A DNA stretch of 64,000 nt from an uncultured virus (IMG/VR IMGVR_UViG_3300037455_000857). Taxonomy: Duplodnaviria; Heunggongvirae; Uroviricota; Caudoviricetes. Within the stretch, counting starts at the first letter, position 1. Each line of letters starts with the position of its first letter. Both the position numbers and the translations under genes were made by a program. The DNA lies in IMG/VR virus record IMGVR_UViG_3300037455_000857; one strand, given 5' to 3'. The notes under the pieces are model-generated. The model did no database searches and was not told the origin of the DNA. It saw nothing but the letters and a program-made list of their open reading frames with translations. Of this stretch, positions 1-12,473 are shown in pieces.

Positions 1-3000
1 GTTCAAGGTCAACAAGGAATTCAAGGTGTTCAAGGTTTGCAGGGTGAACAAGGAATCCAAGGTGTTCAAGGTTTGCAGGGTGAACAAGGAATTCAAGGTG
101 TTCAAGGTCAACAAGGCATCCAAGGTGAACAAGGCATCCAAGGTGAACAAGGAATCCAAGGTGTTCAAGGCTTGCAAGGTCTCCAAGGTCGTCAAGGAAG
201 ACAAGGTGTTCGCGGTTATCAAGGTTATCAAGGTATCCAAGGTGTTCAAGGTTTGCAGGGACAGCAGGGTATTCAAGGTGTTCAAGGTCGCCAAGGTGTG
301 CAGGGTACACAAGGAATCCAAGGTGTCCAAGGTTTGCAAGGTCAGCGGGGCGAACAAGGTATTCAAGGAGTTCAAGGCTTGCAGGGTGAACAAGGCACGC
401 AGGGCATCCAAGGTGTTCAAGGTTTGCAAGGTCTTCAAGGTCAACAAGGAATACAAGGCAAGCAAGGTACACAAGGCATCCAAGGTGTTCAAGGTTTGCA
501 AGGTCTCCAAGGTCTCCAAGGTCAACAAGGAAAACAAGGAACACAAGGAGTCCAAGGTCTGCAAGGTATCCAAGGTGTGCAGGGTACACAAGGCATCCAA
601 GGTGTCCAAGGCAAGCAGGGTACACAAGGTACGCAAGGTACACAAGGCACGCAGGGAATCCAAGGAGTACAAGGTCTCCAAGGACAGCAGGGCGTTCAAG
701 GTCGTCAAGGTGTTCAAGGTTTGCAAGGTCAACAAGGCATACAAGGTGTCCAAGGCAAGCAGGGAACACAAGGAATCCAAGGTCTCCAAGGTCAACAAGG
801 AATCCAAGGAATCCAAGGCAAGCAAGGTACGCAAGGAACGCAAGGAATCCAAGGTGTTCAAGGTTTGCAGGGTCTCCAAGGTCAACAAGGCATACAAGGT
901 GTTCAAGGCAAGCAGGGAACACAAGGAATCCAAGGTCTCCAAGGACAGCAGGGTGTTCAAGGTCGTCAAGGTGTTCAAGGAACACAAGGAATCCAAGGAG
1001 TTCAAGGTAAACAAGGCACGCAAGGAATCCAAGGTCTCCAAGGTTTGCAAGGTCTCCAAGGACAACAAGGCACACAAGGCACACAAGGTACGCAAGGTAT
1101 CCAAGGAGTTCAAGGCAAGCAGGGAACACAAGGAATCCAAGGTCTCCAAGGACAGCAGGGTGTTCAAGGTCGTCAAGGTCAACAAGGCATACAAGGTGTC
1201 CAAGGCACGCAGGGAACACAAGGAATCCAAGGTCTCCAAGGTCAACAAGGAATCCAAGGAATCCAAGGCAAGCAAGGAACACAAGGAATTCAAGGTCTCC
1301 AAGGTCAACAAGGAATCCAAGGAATCCAAGGCAAGCAAGGTACGCAAGGAACGCAAGGAATCCAAGGTGTTCAAGGTTTGCAAGGCACGCAGGGTATTCA
1401 AGGCGTTCAAGGTCTGCAAGGTATGCAAGGACAGCAGGGTGTTCAAGGCACGCAGGGAATCCAAGGTGTTGAGGGCAAGCAAGGCACGCAGGGAATCCAA
1501 GGTGTTCAAGGCAAGCAGGGTGTGCAGGGTTCGCAAGGCACACAAGGAATCCAAGGCGTTGAGGGCAAGCAAGGCACACAAGGAATCCAAGGCGTTGAGG
1601 GCAAGCAAGGCACACAAGGAATCCAAGGCGTTGAGGGCAAGCAAGGTACACAAGGAATCCAAGGCGTTGAAGGCAAGCAAGGTACACAAGGAATCCAAGG
1701 CGTTGAAGGCAAGCAAGGCACGCAGGGAATCCAAGGTGTTCAAGGCAAGCAGGGTGTGCAGGGTTCGCAAGGTACACAAGGCATACAAGGCGTTCAAGGC
1801 TTGCAGGGTTTGCAAGGTAGGCAAGGAAGACAAGGCGTGCGTGGGCATCAAGGAATACAAGGCGAGCAGGGCATTCAAGGTCTAATTGGTTTGCAAGGCG
1901 TTCAAGGTCTGACGGGCAAGCAAGGTGTGCAGGGTTCACAAGGCACACAAGGCATACAAGGCGTTCAAGGTCTGACGGGCAAGCAAGGTGTGCAGGGTTC
2001 ACAAGGCACACAAGGCATACAAGGCGTTCAAGGTCGTCAAGGCATACAAGGTGTTCAAGGCAAGCAGGGAATCCAAGGTGTTGATGGCAAGCAAGGCACG
2101 CAGGGAATCCAAGGTGTTGAGGGCAAGCAAGGCACGCAGGGAATCCAAGGTGTTCAAGGCAAGCAGGGTGTGCAGGGTTCGCAAGGCACACAAGGAATTC
2201 AAGGTGTTGATGGCAAGCAAGGCACGCAGGGAATCCAAGGTGTTCAAGGCAAGCAGGGTGTGCAGGGTTCGCAAGGCACACAAGGAATTCAAGGTGTTGA
2301 GGGCAAGCAAGGCACGCAGGGAATCCAAGGTGTTCAAGGCAAGCAGGGTGTGCAGGGTTCGCAAGGCACACAAGGCATACAAGGCGTTCAAGGTCGTCAA
2401 GGCATACAAGGCGTTCAAGGCAAGCAGGGAATCCAAGGTGTTGATGGCAAGCAAGGTACGCAGGGAATCCAAGGTGTTGAGGGCAAGCAAGGCACGCAGG
2501 GAATCCAAGGTGTTCAAGGCACACAAGGAATCCAAGGCGTTCAAGGTAAGCAAGGAACGCAAGGAATCCAAGGTGTTCAAGGCAAGCAAGGAGTCCAAGG
2601 TGTTCAAGGTAGTCAAGGCATTCAAGGCGTTCAAGGCAAGCAGGGAATCCAAGGTGTTCAAGGCAAGCAGGGAATCCAAGGTGTTCAAGGTCTGCAAGGT
2701 CAACAAGGAGTCCAAGGTCGCCAAGGTGTTCAAGGAACACAAGGTACGCAGGGAATCCAAGGTGTTGAGGGCAAGCAAGGCACGCAGGGAATCCAAGGTG
2801 TTCAAGGTCTGACGGGCAAGCAAGGTGTGCAGGGTTCACAAGGCACACAAGGCATACAAGGCGTTCAAGGTCGTCAAGGCATACAAGGCGTTCAAGGCAA
2901 GCAGGGAATCCAAGGTGTTGATGGCACGCAGGGAATCCAAGGTGTTCAAGGAACACAAGGCACACAAGGAATCCAAGGTGTTCAAGGTTTGCAAGGCACG

Positions 3001-6000
3001 CAGGGCATCCAAGGTGTTCAAGGAACACAAGGCACGCAGGGCATCCAAGGTGTCCAAGGTCGCCAAGGCGTTCAAGGTCGCCAAGGTGTTCAAGGCACAC
3101 AAGGCATCCAAGGTGTTCAAGGTTTGCAGGGTACGCAGGGCATCCAAGGTGTCCAAGGTCGCCAAGGCACACAAGGAACGCAGGGCATCCAAGGTGTTCA
3201 AGGTTTGCAGGGTATTCAAGGTCGCCAAGGCGCACAAGGAACGCAGGGCATCCAAGGTGTCCAAGGATTGCAGGGTATTCAAGGTCGCCAAGGCACACAA
3301 GGCATCCAAGGTGTTCAAGGTTTGCAGGGTCGCCAAGGCGTTCAAGGAACACAAGGCATCCAAGGTGTTCAAGGTCTGCAAGGCACGCAGGGCATCCAAG
3401 GTGTCCAAGGTCTGCAAGGTCTGCAAGGCACACAAGGTGTCCAAGGTCGCCAAGGTGTTCAAGGCACACAAGGCACACAAGGCATCCAAGGTGTGCAGGG
3501 TCGCCAAGGCGTTCAAGGCACACAAGGCATCCAAGGTGTTCAAGGTCGCCAAGGAACACAAGGCATACAAGGTGTCCAAGGTCTGCAAGGTCTGCAAGGC
3601 ACACAAGGTGTCCAAGGTCGCCAAGGCGTTCAAGGTCGCCAAGGCATCCAAGGTGTTCAAGGAACACAAGGCACGCAAGGCATCCAAGGTATTGAGGGTA
3701 GCAGTGGAAATGAAATAATACTTGAAACTATCGGTAAAATAACTGATACCAACATTTTTTATGTTAAAGTGAGAGGCGGTGATACGTCAAATTTACCAAT
3801 CACCGCAGACACTAATGTAACAATAGTATTCAATCATAGTTTCAATCACGACACAAAAACAAACTCTGCTGGGTATTCTCAATTGGCTGCTGATAGTGTG
3901 GTTTTGACCGCTGATGATTACAATGGTGCGCCACAGATAGCGTTTATATGGAATCAAAATGGTGGAAACGGCGACCCGATATTTGACTTGGGTGATTATG
4001 AAGTACAAAGTAGTGATTATCTTGTTCCTATTATGTATCGTTCTAATTATGCCGATGTCGATGGTTATGGTTCTGACAGCGCACCCGTTATTGGTATAGA
4101 CCCGATAAGTTGCGAAAAATACGCAATCGGTTTACAAAGTGTGACTAATGAATATCAAGAATATGGTGAGAGCGGTATTGAAACACATCATTTTGTATAT
4201 GAAATTTGTGATTTCTCAAGTAAATTTGACGGTCATTATGGATATGGTGTCGGCGAGGATTATGGTACGTTCTATGAAGATGCTGAAAGTAACCAACTGC
4301 TTTATACAGCATCTGCGATGAGTGTGAATAACACTTACTCGTATAATTTCATTAAAGACTGCTTTATTGCGAGTGGTTCGATTATGTGTATTACCAAAGT
4401 CGGTCATTTTGATACCGTACACGGTGATGTCGGCGAAGATGGTATGAGCGAGATTGAAGAATCAATAACTACGGTAAGTGAAACAATAACTCAACTCATC
4501 GAACATTTGCTTTCAATAAGCGGTGATTATTGCATTCCAAACCCGTATCCAAATGTGGTTAAAAATGTTGGCGGTGGTGATGGATGGACAACCGCTTATT
4601 TGGGAGAACCTGCATTCTTGGTTTTGAGAACAACGCATCTTATGCAGGCGGGATTGACCAATAATATGATTCGTAACCCGATGTATATCGACATTGACGC
4701 GCTTACCAATGCCAACTGTAACCTAAACCTTGTTCAAGCGGATGGACTTGCAATCGGTGGAAATTGGATGAAGAAATATGACTATGGTTTGAGACCGAGT
4801 ATATCCAATAAAAACAATCTGTTTAAATACAGTGGCGGTCAATGGGGTACTGCCTCTGGCAGAAAAGCCGAGTGGAAGGATGTATGGAAGGTAATGACCG
4901 AGATTAACAATGCAACTTGGGGCAAACATAATTTGAACGGTCTTGCTGAAGTGTTCGGTAAGTACGGTCAGTATTTCCCAGTTCTTTCGGAATACGGTTC
5001 AGTTTACAATCAGCCGAGCGGATACTTTGACTGCACGTCTTCTATAAAAAAACTTTTATATCTGTATGATATTGTTACGCATAGTTGGGGTGCTAATGCG
5101 GGGCCGACAAACGGTATATTCCCGTTAACAAACGCATTCTTTGGAACGCAATATGGATACTATAATATAATTGATTCTTCGCATTTCTTGGATAGTTCTT
5201 CTACTGCAAGTTGGAACAGAACAACTCGTGCATTGGTTTTGAATATGGCACACGATTATGGTGACACTTCGCATACCGAACATAAAAACGCATACGACAC
5301 ACAAGGCGTTTTCTTCCCAACTTCAAACACGGACTATTATTTTGATAATCTGAATGGTGTGAACGGCTCTCCGTTTATATTCGGTTACGCGAACCTTTTG
5401 AATTATCTTGAAGCGATATTCACGTCTTCAAATAACAATCTTCCTGCAAGATGGGGTATGAATAGGGGATTTGTTGATGCTGGTTATTGGAAAGACAAAG
5501 ATTATTCTTACGGTTCATATCTCCGTTATGATTTCAATGGAAACAGTTCGACCGATAAGATGGGTACGAATATAACGCCCGCAAGCAGTGATGAAAAATT
5601 GAGATGGTTCTTCCGTAAAAACACGTCAAACTCTGCACAAGACCATAGGGTAGCGGAATTTAACAAACCTTGGCTTGAGTTTTTCAACGGCACTCAATCG
5701 GGAGGCGTTTATACATCTGGTTCGATTAAAACCGAGGTGGATTTGGCTCACGACAAGGAAGTTGGATTCAGAATATTCACGTGGTTCAACGGAAAGCATA
5801 TAGGAAGCCCATATACAAACAACCTTAAGAATTTCAACAATGTTTCACTGTTCGCCTATGCAAATAACCAAAACTTGTCTTGGAGTTATTCCATTATAGG
5901 GGTTATGCCGACAAGTGATGACGACAGTCTCAAGGCTAATTATGGTGGTTATGCAAAGGGCGGTGAGATAAGTGGCGGTATGAAAGCGGTGGCTGGTGTT

Positions 6001-7464
6001 CCAGATTCTACAAGCATAGAGGATATTGATTTTGACGGATGCTGCTGTGACAATATACTTATAGCGGAAAAGACAACAGACAACATATTCGCGCTTACAC
6101 CTATATCGGGTTCGTATCCTCTGAAAGCAAATGACAAGTTTACAGTTTTCTTCAACGATGGACTTGAAAATGAAACAACACCTCTTATATTCTTTGACAA
6201 TACATTGGATAATGACGTGTTTGGCACTGAATTGAAAGACGGTGTGACTTACCAAATTGATTATGTAGCCGCTATGTATGGCAATGCTTATGTTGGCATA
6301 AATTCGGGCTATCAGTTGCCTGCTCCTATTGTTGGTATGAGTCCAAATAACGGACTTACTTACGATATTTGTGGCGGCGGATTTAGCGGATTCACAGACA
6401 AGGCTCTGAAGAGCGGTGTTGCGCATACTTTTGTTTTTGGAAAAAGCACGTATATTGCCAAATTGAATACCGTATATGACTATGTTAATAATAGCCACGA
6501 CAGTTCAGAAATGTGGAATAACGGCGGTCTTAATTTGGCGGAATGTACTTGGGCTGGTGTCAGCGGATTGCCGTCAGCATTGATTCCTTATTACAAGGTT
6601 GTGTACTCCGCAACAAAGGTCGGCGATTTTGACACCGCAGGAAGCGGTGGCGGTGGCGGCACGCAAGGCACACAAGGCACGCAGGGTGTCCAAGGTCGCC
6701 AAGGTCTCCAAGGTCTCCAAGGTCGCCAAGGTGTCCAAGGTCTCCAAGGTATCCAAGGTGTCAGCGGCGGCGGTGGCGATAGCGTTATATTGAGAACTAT
6801 TGGTGTTGCAGATAACGTATTTACGGTCGAACCCGTTTCTGTAAACGGTGTTGTGCCTACTACACCAGTGACTTTGCGTGAAAACTCAAATGTCACGATA
6901 TTGTTCTATCATAGTATGCAACAACGTTCTATGTATGAAAGTTACGGTAGTCCGCAAATGATGTTTATCAAAGCCGCACGCAGTAAGATTATACAAGTTG
7001 ACTATGGTGAAGAAGCGTTAATGGACATAGGCGATAGAAATTGTGAACTCCCCGTTTTTTATAGGTTCTTTGATGTTGGTGATTATCGTGCAGTGCCTGC
7101 TCCATTGTTGGGTGTTGACCCAATTACTTCATATACTTATGGAATAGGTTATGGCGACTATAAGTCTTGGGGTTCTGGACCAATATGCATCCACACATTC
7201 ACATACAGAACTTGTGATTACAAAGGTTATAGTCAGATAGAATATGGTATTCGGTATCAAATTGGATATGACCCATATTCATATAATGGACTCGCACCAA
7301 TTAACAGTGGTGGATACTTTACATACGCAATAGTAAGTATATCACAAAATGTTGGCGGTGTATCTAATGCAAGCATAGCAATAATGACGGGCAGAAACAC
7401 CGATATTATGCAGTTCCCGATGCTTATGAAGAACGGTCATTTTGACACATTCAATCAAAGGTAA
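1..7464 (+). CDS. Giant collagen-like (Gly-X-Gln) fibre/adhesin protein, 5' end outside the window
   Basis: The frame is open from base 1. About 1230 aa of G-X-Q triplets run to ~3696, followed by globular domains, a second short collagen stretch (~6658-6762) and three related domains ending K(V/N)G(H/D)FDT. Confidence 0.85.
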   Translation, partial: VQGQQGIQGVQGLQGEQGIQGVQGLQGEQGIQGVQGQQGIQGEQGIQGEQGIQGVQGLQGLQGRQGRQGVRGYQGYQGIQGVQGLQGQQGIQGVQGRQGVQGTQGIQGVQGLQGQRGEQGIQGVQGLQGEQGTQGIQGVQGLQGLQGQQGIQGKQGTQGIQGVQGLQGLQGLQGQQGKQGTQGVQGLQGIQGVQGTQGIQGVQGKQGTQGTQGTQGTQGIQGVQGLQGQQGVQGRQGVQGLQGQQGIQGVQGKQGTQGIQGLQGQQGIQGIQGKQGTQGTQGIQGVQGLQGLQGQQGIQGVQGKQGTQGIQGLQGQQGVQGRQGVQGTQGIQGVQGKQGTQGIQGLQGLQGLQGQQGTQGTQGTQGIQGVQGKQGTQGIQGLQGQQGVQGRQGQQGIQGVQGTQGTQGIQGLQGQQGIQGIQGKQGTQGIQGLQGQQGIQGIQGKQGTQGTQGIQGVQGLQGTQGIQGVQGLQGMQGQQGVQGTQGIQGVEGKQGTQGIQGVQGKQGVQGSQGTQGIQGVEGKQGTQGIQGVEGKQGTQGIQGVEGKQGTQGIQGVEGKQGTQGIQGVEGKQGTQGIQGVQGKQGVQGSQGTQGIQGVQGLQGLQGRQGRQGVRGHQGIQGEQGIQGLIGLQGVQGLTGKQGVQGSQGTQGIQGVQGLTGKQGVQGSQGTQGIQGVQGRQGIQGVQGKQGIQGVDGKQGTQGIQGVEGKQGTQGIQGVQGKQGVQGSQGTQGIQGVDGKQGTQGIQGVQGKQGVQGSQGTQGIQGVEGKQGTQGIQGVQGKQGVQGSQGTQGIQGVQGRQGIQGVQGKQGIQGVDGKQGTQGIQGVEGKQGTQGIQGVQGTQGIQGVQGKQGTQGIQGVQGKQGVQGVQGSQGIQGVQGKQGIQGVQGKQGIQGVQGLQGQQGVQGRQGVQGTQGTQGIQGVEGKQGTQGIQGVQGLTGKQGVQGSQGTQGIQGVQGRQGIQGVQGKQGIQGVDGTQGIQGVQGTQGTQGIQGVQGLQGTQGIQGVQGTQGTQGIQGVQGRQGVQGRQGVQGTQGIQGVQGLQGTQGIQGVQGRQGTQGTQGIQGVQGLQGIQGRQGAQGTQGIQGVQGLQGIQGRQGTQGIQGVQGLQGRQGVQGTQGIQGVQGLQGTQGIQGVQGLQGLQGTQGVQGRQGVQGTQGTQGIQGVQGRQGVQGTQGIQGVQGRQGTQGIQGVQGLQGLQGTQGVQGRQGVQGRQGIQGVQGTQGTQGIQGIEGSSGNEIILETIGKITDTNIFYVKVRGGDTSNLPITADTNVTIVFNHSFNHDTKTNSAGYSQLAADSVVLTADDYNGAPQIAFIWNQNGGNGDPIFDLGDYEVQSSDYLVPIMYRSNYADVDGYGSDSAPVIGIDPISCEKYAIGLQSVTNEYQEYGESGIETHHFVYEICDFSSKFDGHYGYGVGEDYGTFYEDAESNQLLYTASAMSVNNTYSYNFIKDCFIASGSIMCITKVGHFDTVHGDVGEDGMSEIEESITTVSETITQLIEHLLSISGDYCIPNPYPNVVKNVGGGDGWTTAYLGEPAFLVLRTTHLMQAGLTNNMIRNPMYIDIDALTNANCNLNLVQADGLAIGGNWMKKYDYGLRPSISNKNNLFKYSGGQWGTASGRKAEWKDVWKVMTEINNATWGKHNLNGLAEVFGKYGQYFPVLSEYGSVYNQPSGYFDCTSSIKKLLYLYDIVTHSWGANAGPTNGIFPLTNAFFGTQYGYYNIIDSSHFLDSSSTASWNRTTRALVLNMAHDYGDTSHTEHKNAYDTQGVFFPTSNTDYYFDNLNGVNGSPFIFGYANLLNYLEAIFTSSNNNLPARWGMNRGFVDAGYWKDKDYSYGSYLRYDFNGNSSTDKMGTNITPASSDEKLRWFFRKNTSNSAQDHRVAEFNKPWLEFFNGTQSGGVYTSGSIKTEVDLAHDKEVGFRIFTWFNGKHIGSPYTNNLKNFNNVSLFAYANNQNLSWSYSIIGVMPTSDDDSLKANYGGYAKGGEISGGMKAVAGVPDSTSIEDIDFDGCCCDNILIAEKTTDNIFALTPISGSYPLKANDKFTVFFNDGLENETTPLIFFDNTLDNDVFGTELKDGVTYQIDYVAAMYGNAYVGINSGYQLPAPIVGMSPNNGLTYDICGGGFSGFTDKALKSGVAHTFVFGKSTYIAKLNTVYDYVNNSHDSSEMWNNGGLNLAECTWAGVSGLPSALIPYYKVVYSATKVGDFDTAGSGGGGGTQGTQGTQGVQGRQGLQGLQGRQGVQGLQGIQGVSGGGGDSVILRTIGVADNVFTVEPVSVNGVVPTTPVTLRENSNVTILFYHSMQQRSMYESYGSPQMMFIKAARSKIIQVDYGEEALMDIGDRNCELPVFYRFFDVGDYRAVPAPLLGVDPITSYTYGIGYGDYKSWGSGPICIHTFTYRTCDYKGYSQIEYGIRYQIGYDPYSYNGLAPINSGGYFTYAIVSISQNVGGVSNASIAIMTGRNTDIMQFPMLMKNGHFDTFNQR

Positions 7465-7482
7465 AAGATGATTTTCGACAAA

Positions 7483-7490
7483 TATAAATA
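7483..7490 (+). promoter_or_regulatory. T4-like late promoter TATAAATA
   Basis: Exact TATAAATA about 20 nt upstream of the ORF at 7512. Confidence 0.55.
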
Positions 7491-7511
7491 TAATATTAAA
7501 TCGACAAAATT

Positions 7512-7832
7512 ATGAAGATAATCGTATTTGACAACGACAATGATTTCGAGTTCTACTGTTTGAAACCGAAATATGAAATCAACCAATCCGAGGTTTCGGG
7601 TACTCTGTACTACGACTTGGCGTTCACCGACACATATCTGAAAGACGTGCGTGACGGCGTTATGTTCTGCATAGACGACCCGAAGTCCAAGGTTGTGAAA
7701 CGCGGATGCGTCACACGCGGCGTTGTTTCCAAAAAAGTTGACAATATATTGGACGAGACGGCAGAGGATTTGGAGATTATGTATCCGAATGCGGAAATCG
7801 AAAGATACACATTGAGAAACAATATACAATAA
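7512..7832 (+). CDS. Hypothetical protein
   Basis: 106 aa ATG ORF abutting the ATPase gene. Confidence 0.75.
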   Translation: MKIIVFDNDNDFEFYCLKPKYEINQSEVSGTLYYDLAFTDTYLKDVRDGVMFCIDDPKSKVVKRGCVTRGVVSKKVDNILDETAEDLEIMYPNAEIERYTLRNNIQ

Positions 7833-7833
7833 A

Positions 7834-9267
7834 ATGGAAATATTAAACACCAAAGACTACGAAAAAGAACTGCTTGAAGGCAGAAATAACGTTGGGGCTA
7901 AATTAGGCGACAACACCGAAGTTATCGACCCAGAAGCACCCGCAGGGGAAAACGAAACCATCGCCACTGTCGGCAAAACCGTTGTGAAACTCGACAACTA
8001 TGACGATTTTGAAGGCAAGCGTGCGGACAAGAACCCGTCACACGGTATGTTCTCTGTGGACGCTCCTCTTGAATACAGCAAAAAACTCTTCACCGACAAA
8101 AAGGTTTGGAACGACAACCTTGAAGACTTGTTTGAGTGTATAAAAGGTGAATCCGACTTCTTTGTCCAAGGAGAGGCAGGTTGGGCTAAAACCGCCCTCA
8201 TTACCCAAATGGCTAACAAGTGCGGTTACACAGTCATCACGGTTTATTTGGACAAGGCTGTGCCAGAGGACTTGGACGGTCTGCCCGCAGTCAGAGAGGA
8301 CAAGAACAGAAAGAGCGGAATCGTGCAGGTTCGCGCACTCCCCGTTTGGGCGCAGTATATGCTCGACAGACCGAATGAGAAGTTCCTTTTGTTCTTTGAT
8401 GAGATGAACCAAGCGACAAGTGACGTTATGCACTCGCTTATGCCTATCGTTCTCAAACACGTCATCGGCGGTATTGAATTCGACAACTACTTCTGCGGCG
8501 GTGCGGGTAATATGAGTTACGAGGACAACACCCTCGAAGCAATCCCGAAAGCCCTTATGAGCCGTATGGGTGGTGCGCCTATCACTTGGATTACGGGTAC
8601 ACCCGAAGCGTGGCGTGATGCTTTCGACTATCTCCACAGCGTATGGGATAGCAAAATCTCAAAGGACGTTGTGAACGCATTTGAAAAGAATGCGACCATA
8701 TTCGCAAGCCCGCGTGACATCGAAAAGAACATTTTCAAGAATGTCGATAAAATCAAGGCTTCGTTTGACGAAGACGATGAGTTCGGCGAAAGAGACCGCG
8801 TGAGCGTGAACGCATTGGCTCGCCGTATCAAGAGGCAGACCAACACCATCGAGGGCAGACAGTACAATGTAGGCGAAGGCAACGAGTATACCGATGAAAT
8901 CGCTGAAAAAGTCAATGAACTCGCCGAGAAATGCTATGACTTCATTCAAGGCAGCGCATCGAAAGGTCGCAAGTTCGGGGATGAGGAAAACGAGAACCAA
9001 GACGACAACACCCCGAATTTTGACAAAGACCAAATCAAGAGCATCATCGACTTGATTGAATTCGGTGAAACCTCAATCAACGAGGACGAACCCGATGTGT
9101 TAGCACCGCTCACACACGAGACAATCTACGATTTCTTCCCGAATATGACAAAGCAGTTGCTTGACTTCATTGACAAGCAAATGAAGAAAGAGGGCAAGGA
9201 ATGGAGATACCCGCACAACGAAGACGCAGTCAAGACGGGTAAATGGAAACTCTCCGACCTTGAGTAA
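7834..9267 (+). CDS. MoxR-like AAA+ ATPase
   Basis: Walker A variant GEAGWAKT, Walker B LLFFDEMNQA, EDLDGLP and ALMSRM motifs; adjacent to a vWA-domain gene. Confidence 0.8.
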   Translation: MEILNTKDYEKELLEGRNNVGAKLGDNTEVIDPEAPAGENETIATVGKTVVKLDNYDDFEGKRADKNPSHGMFSVDAPLEYSKKLFTDKKVWNDNLEDLFECIKGESDFFVQGEAGWAKTALITQMANKCGYTVITVYLDKAVPEDLDGLPAVREDKNRKSGIVQVRALPVWAQYMLDRPNEKFLLFFDEMNQATSDVMHSLMPIVLKHVIGGIEFDNYFCGGAGNMSYEDNTLEAIPKALMSRMGGAPITWITGTPEAWRDAFDYLHSVWDSKISKDVVNAFEKNATIFASPRDIEKNIFKNVDKIKASFDEDDEFGERDRVSVNALARRIKRQTNTIEGRQYNVGEGNEYTDEIAEKVNELAEKCYDFIQGSASKGRKFGDEENENQDDNTPNFDKDQIKSIIDLIEFGETSINEDEPDVLAPLTHETIYDFFPNMTKQLLDFIDKQMKKEGKEWRYPHNEDAVKTGKWKLSDLE

Positions 9268-9281
9268 TCCAATATGCTATC

Positions 9282-9312
9282 AAAAAGTGCCGTCATATTG
9301 GCGGCATTTTTT
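9282..9312 (+). terminator. Rho-independent terminator
   Basis: gtgccgtca-tat-tggcggcat hairpin followed by a T run. Confidence 0.65.
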
Positions 9313-9363
9313 GTAGTGTTATTCAGATTTTTATTATATTAATGAAAAATAAAATCCGATAAT

Positions 9364-12300
9364 ATGAATAATTGGGAGAAATCAATCAATAAGATAAATG
9401 ACGATTTGGTCGGTTGGAGAATCGACTTCACCAAGTATATCGACCAATCCACAAGGTACAACGGTTATCGTTTCTTTTGGGAACTTATACCTATGATTAA
9501 CTTCGTCACGGGTCATAAGGGTATTGCGTGGACTGACAGAAACGTGAACATTTTCCTCAACATCCCGCACGCCGATGTTGAATTGGACGAGCAGAAATGG
9601 GAGTTCATTTACTATCACGAGTGCCTGCACCAAATGTTCGAGACTTTTGGCGTTGAGGATTCAATCAAAAAGGAATTTGGAAAATGCAATCACGATTTGC
9701 TCAATGTGGCGAGCGATGTTGTCATAAACGATTATTTGAAAATCAACTGTTCGTTGGACTATCCGACAACGGATTTGATGACGCCAGAGTACATAAAGGA
9801 GAAATTCGGCGTTGATTATGACAGAAAGAAAGACGACCAATACGACCTTTATATGAAGTTGAAAGAGGTCGAGGACAAAATCGTTGACGACCCGCTTGTT
9901 CAGAAAATGCGCGAAGGTGCGCCAAAAATTGATATGGACAGTGACGGCGGAAGTCAGAACACGCCGAAAACGGTCAAGATTCCGACAAGCGATGATTGGA
10001 AGAGGGGCAGCAAGGAAGCGAGAAAGGCTGCTAACGACATTCTTGAAAAGTTCTGCAAGAATATCAAGAAACAGTCAAACGGAAAGGTTTCCGTTGCCGA
10101 CACGCTTACCGCTCTCACAAAGGCTTCGAGCGAAATCGAGAAACTTGCCAAGGGCAAGTTGAAACCAATAGTTATCCAAGTTCCTCCGACAGAATCGGTG
10201 GGCTATGTTATGAGTTCCGCTATGTTCATCGGGGAGGCTGAATCAGCAGCCAACGAGGTTTCCGACAAATATCAGACATACGACCAAGGTTGGGATTATG
10301 CCATAGGTGACGTGCTTCGCAGAATCAGCAATATGCAGCAGGGTCTTATGGGCGGCGGCGGAGGCGGCGGTCAAGACGACAACGAGCAAATGCACCAAGA
10401 AGTACCCGACAACGACCCGACCGAAGAAAGCCCGTTCCTTCCCCAAATGCCTGGCGGAAGTTCCTCAAAATCGGACAGCAGCGATGATTCCGACCAAGAG
10501 GACGTTTCCGATATGGATGCTGACGATGCCGCTGATGAAGCGCAGAAGGCTGCTGACAAAGCGAAGGATTCCGCTGACAAGGCTAAAGACGCGGCTGACA
10601 AAGCGCAGAAAACGGCTGACAACGCAAAGGACGCAGCCGAGGACGCAAAGGACGAACACGGAGAGAATTCAAAGGAATACTCCGATGCGAAATCAAAGGC
10701 TGACAAAGCGCAGAAAAGCGCGAACAAGGCAAAATCCGCAGCAGGCAAGGCGCAGGAAGCAGCGGACAAAGCGCAGGATGCAGCAGATGAATCAAGGGAT
10801 GCCGCCAACAAAGACGATACGGACGGCGCAAGAAGCAAGGCTAAAGATGCGCAGAAGAACGCCAATGAAGCGGCAAAGCAATCATCAAACGCTGAAGATG
10901 CCGCCAATGACGCTGAACACAATAGCGGAAAGAGTATGAACCAAAAGGATTTGGAGCATAATGACGTTTCCGATATGGATGCCAACGAAGCGGCTGCTGA
11001 AGCGCAGAACGCGGCAGACCAAGCGCAGGAAATGGCTGACGATGCAAAGATGTCCGCCAACGGTGCGCAGGCATCAGCCGACAAAGCACGCGAGGCTGCG
11101 GAGCAGGCAAAAAGCGAACACGGCGAAAATTCAAAAGAGTATTCCGAGGCGAAGGCGAAGGCTGACAGCGCACAGAAGAATGCCGATAAATCGAAATCCG
11201 CCGCAGACAAAGCGCAGAAGTCCGCAGACAAAGCGCAGGAATGCGCCGACAAAGCGAAGGATGCTGCCAACAAAGGCGATGAACAAGGTGCAAGGGATAA
11301 CGCAAGGGATGCCCAAAGAAACGCCGACAAAGCGGCAAGAGAGGCTGCTGAAGCGGCTGATTCATCTGACGATGCCGAATCCGATTCAAAGGAAAAGGTC
11401 GAAAAGGGCAAGACCGATGACCAACTCGGAACTGGCGAAGAGAACGTTGTCGGCAACGCCGATGAGGTCAGTTGGAATTCCGAAAGCAGACAGAAAAGTC
11501 ATTCTTGGAGCGGTCATCGTGAGGAAATCGTGAGATACGCTGCAAAACTCGGAGATATGACCACCGAGGACGCGAAGAATGTCATCAAGAAGTTTGCCCG
11601 TTCAGCGGACAAATCGCTTGGCGAGTTCGTGCGCAAATGCGTTTCGAGCGAGGAAAAGAACGTAAGGGGTATCATTGTGCAGACACCTATGCAAAAACGC
11701 AATGTCTCTTGGGCTGAAAAATTCAGCGAAAGCGTGAAAAACACAGTCAAGCAATATGTGAAAAGACGCACGAGGGAGTTCTATGCGACATACCGCAAGC
11801 CAAACCGCAGGCAGGGTGTTGTGAAAGACGACACCATTCTGAAGAAAGGCAAGATGCGCAAAAAGGACAAACTCACAATCTCCGTTGCGTTCTACATCGA
11901 CATATCGTCTTCTATGGATGCTTCGGAAGTGTATAACATCTTCACTTACGCATACAAGTTGAATGATTATATTGTCAAACAGTATAAAGGCAATGAGGTC
12001 ATAGACGAAACGGTGTTTGACTTCTATTCGTTCAACGGCGGTGTCCACAAGGAAAAACGACCCAACATACCGAGACCGAATGGCACGACACTCCCGCTTC
12101 TTGAACTTATCAAAGAAATCGAGGGTTTGACAAAGGACTATATGGTGAACGTCATCATAACCGATGCCGAAATGGGTCAGTTCCCCGTGAATAAGATTAA
12201 GAACGAGATGATGAATCTTGCGGGCAACCTCATATTCATCACGGACAACACGCAGGTTATAAATGTCCTTTCGCCTCTGACGAAAGTTACCACATTCGGC

Positions 12301-12375
12301 TCGAACAAGAAATTCGAGTTCATCACAGTTCCGAAGGACTTTGTAATCACAGACAAGGACTTCAAGCAGGTGTAA
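9364..12375 (+). CDS. HEXXH metallopeptidase-like + Ala/Lys/Asp coiled-coil repeat + vWA domain protein (MoxR partner)
   Basis: YHECLHQ and NVASDVVIND near the N-terminus; duplicated DVSDMDA...EHGENSKEYS block; C-terminal YIDISSSM MIDAS-like motif and IITD. Confidence 0.8.
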   Translation: MNNWEKSINKINDDLVGWRIDFTKYIDQSTRYNGYRFFWELIPMINFVTGHKGIAWTDRNVNIFLNIPHADVELDEQKWEFIYYHECLHQMFETFGVEDSIKKEFGKCNHDLLNVASDVVINDYLKINCSLDYPTTDLMTPEYIKEKFGVDYDRKKDDQYDLYMKLKEVEDKIVDDPLVQKMREGAPKIDMDSDGGSQNTPKTVKIPTSDDWKRGSKEARKAANDILEKFCKNIKKQSNGKVSVADTLTALTKASSEIEKLAKGKLKPIVIQVPPTESVGYVMSSAMFIGEAESAANEVSDKYQTYDQGWDYAIGDVLRRISNMQQGLMGGGGGGGQDDNEQMHQEVPDNDPTEESPFLPQMPGGSSSKSDSSDDSDQEDVSDMDADDAADEAQKAADKAKDSADKAKDAADKAQKTADNAKDAAEDAKDEHGENSKEYSDAKSKADKAQKSANKAKSAAGKAQEAADKAQDAADESRDAANKDDTDGARSKAKDAQKNANEAAKQSSNAEDAANDAEHNSGKSMNQKDLEHNDVSDMDANEAAAEAQNAADQAQEMADDAKMSANGAQASADKAREAAEQAKSEHGENSKEYSEAKAKADSAQKNADKSKSAADKAQKSADKAQECADKAKDAANKGDEQGARDNARDAQRNADKAAREAAEAADSSDDAESDSKEKVEKGKTDDQLGTGEENVVGNADEVSWNSESRQKSHSWSGHREEIVRYAAKLGDMTTEDAKNVIKKFARSADKSLGEFVRKCVSSEEKNVRGIIVQTPMQKRNVSWAEKFSESVKNTVKQYVKRRTREFYATYRKPNRRQGVVKDDTILKKGKMRKKDKLTISVAFYIDISSSMDASEVYNIFTYAYKLNDYIVKQYKGNEVIDETVFDFYSFNGGVHKEKRPNIPRPNGTTLPLLELIKEIEGLTKDYMVNVIITDAEMGQFPVNKIKNEMMNLAGNLIFITDNTQVINVLSPLTKVTTFGSNKKFEFITVPKDFVITDKDFKQV

Positions 12376-12394
12376 CCTGCTATACGGATAAAGC

Positions 12395-12423
12395 AAAGGC
12401 GCACAAGTTTGTGCGCCTTTTTT
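12395..12423. terminator. Bidirectional terminator between convergent genes
   Basis: aaaggcgcacaa-gt-ttgtgcgccttt plus a T run. Confidence 0.75.
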
Positions 12424-12473
12424 GTTGATTCTTGCGTTAATACACAGCGATTTGTATAAAGTGCATATATTGC

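Noticed and set aside
26..3718. Long alternative-frame ORFs (KVFKV... and LNTLD... types)
   Set aside because: Shadows of the stop-poor collagen repeat.
10307..11533. Overlapping ORFs on both strands inside the vWA gene
   Set aside because: Shadows of the Ala/Lys/Asp repeat region.
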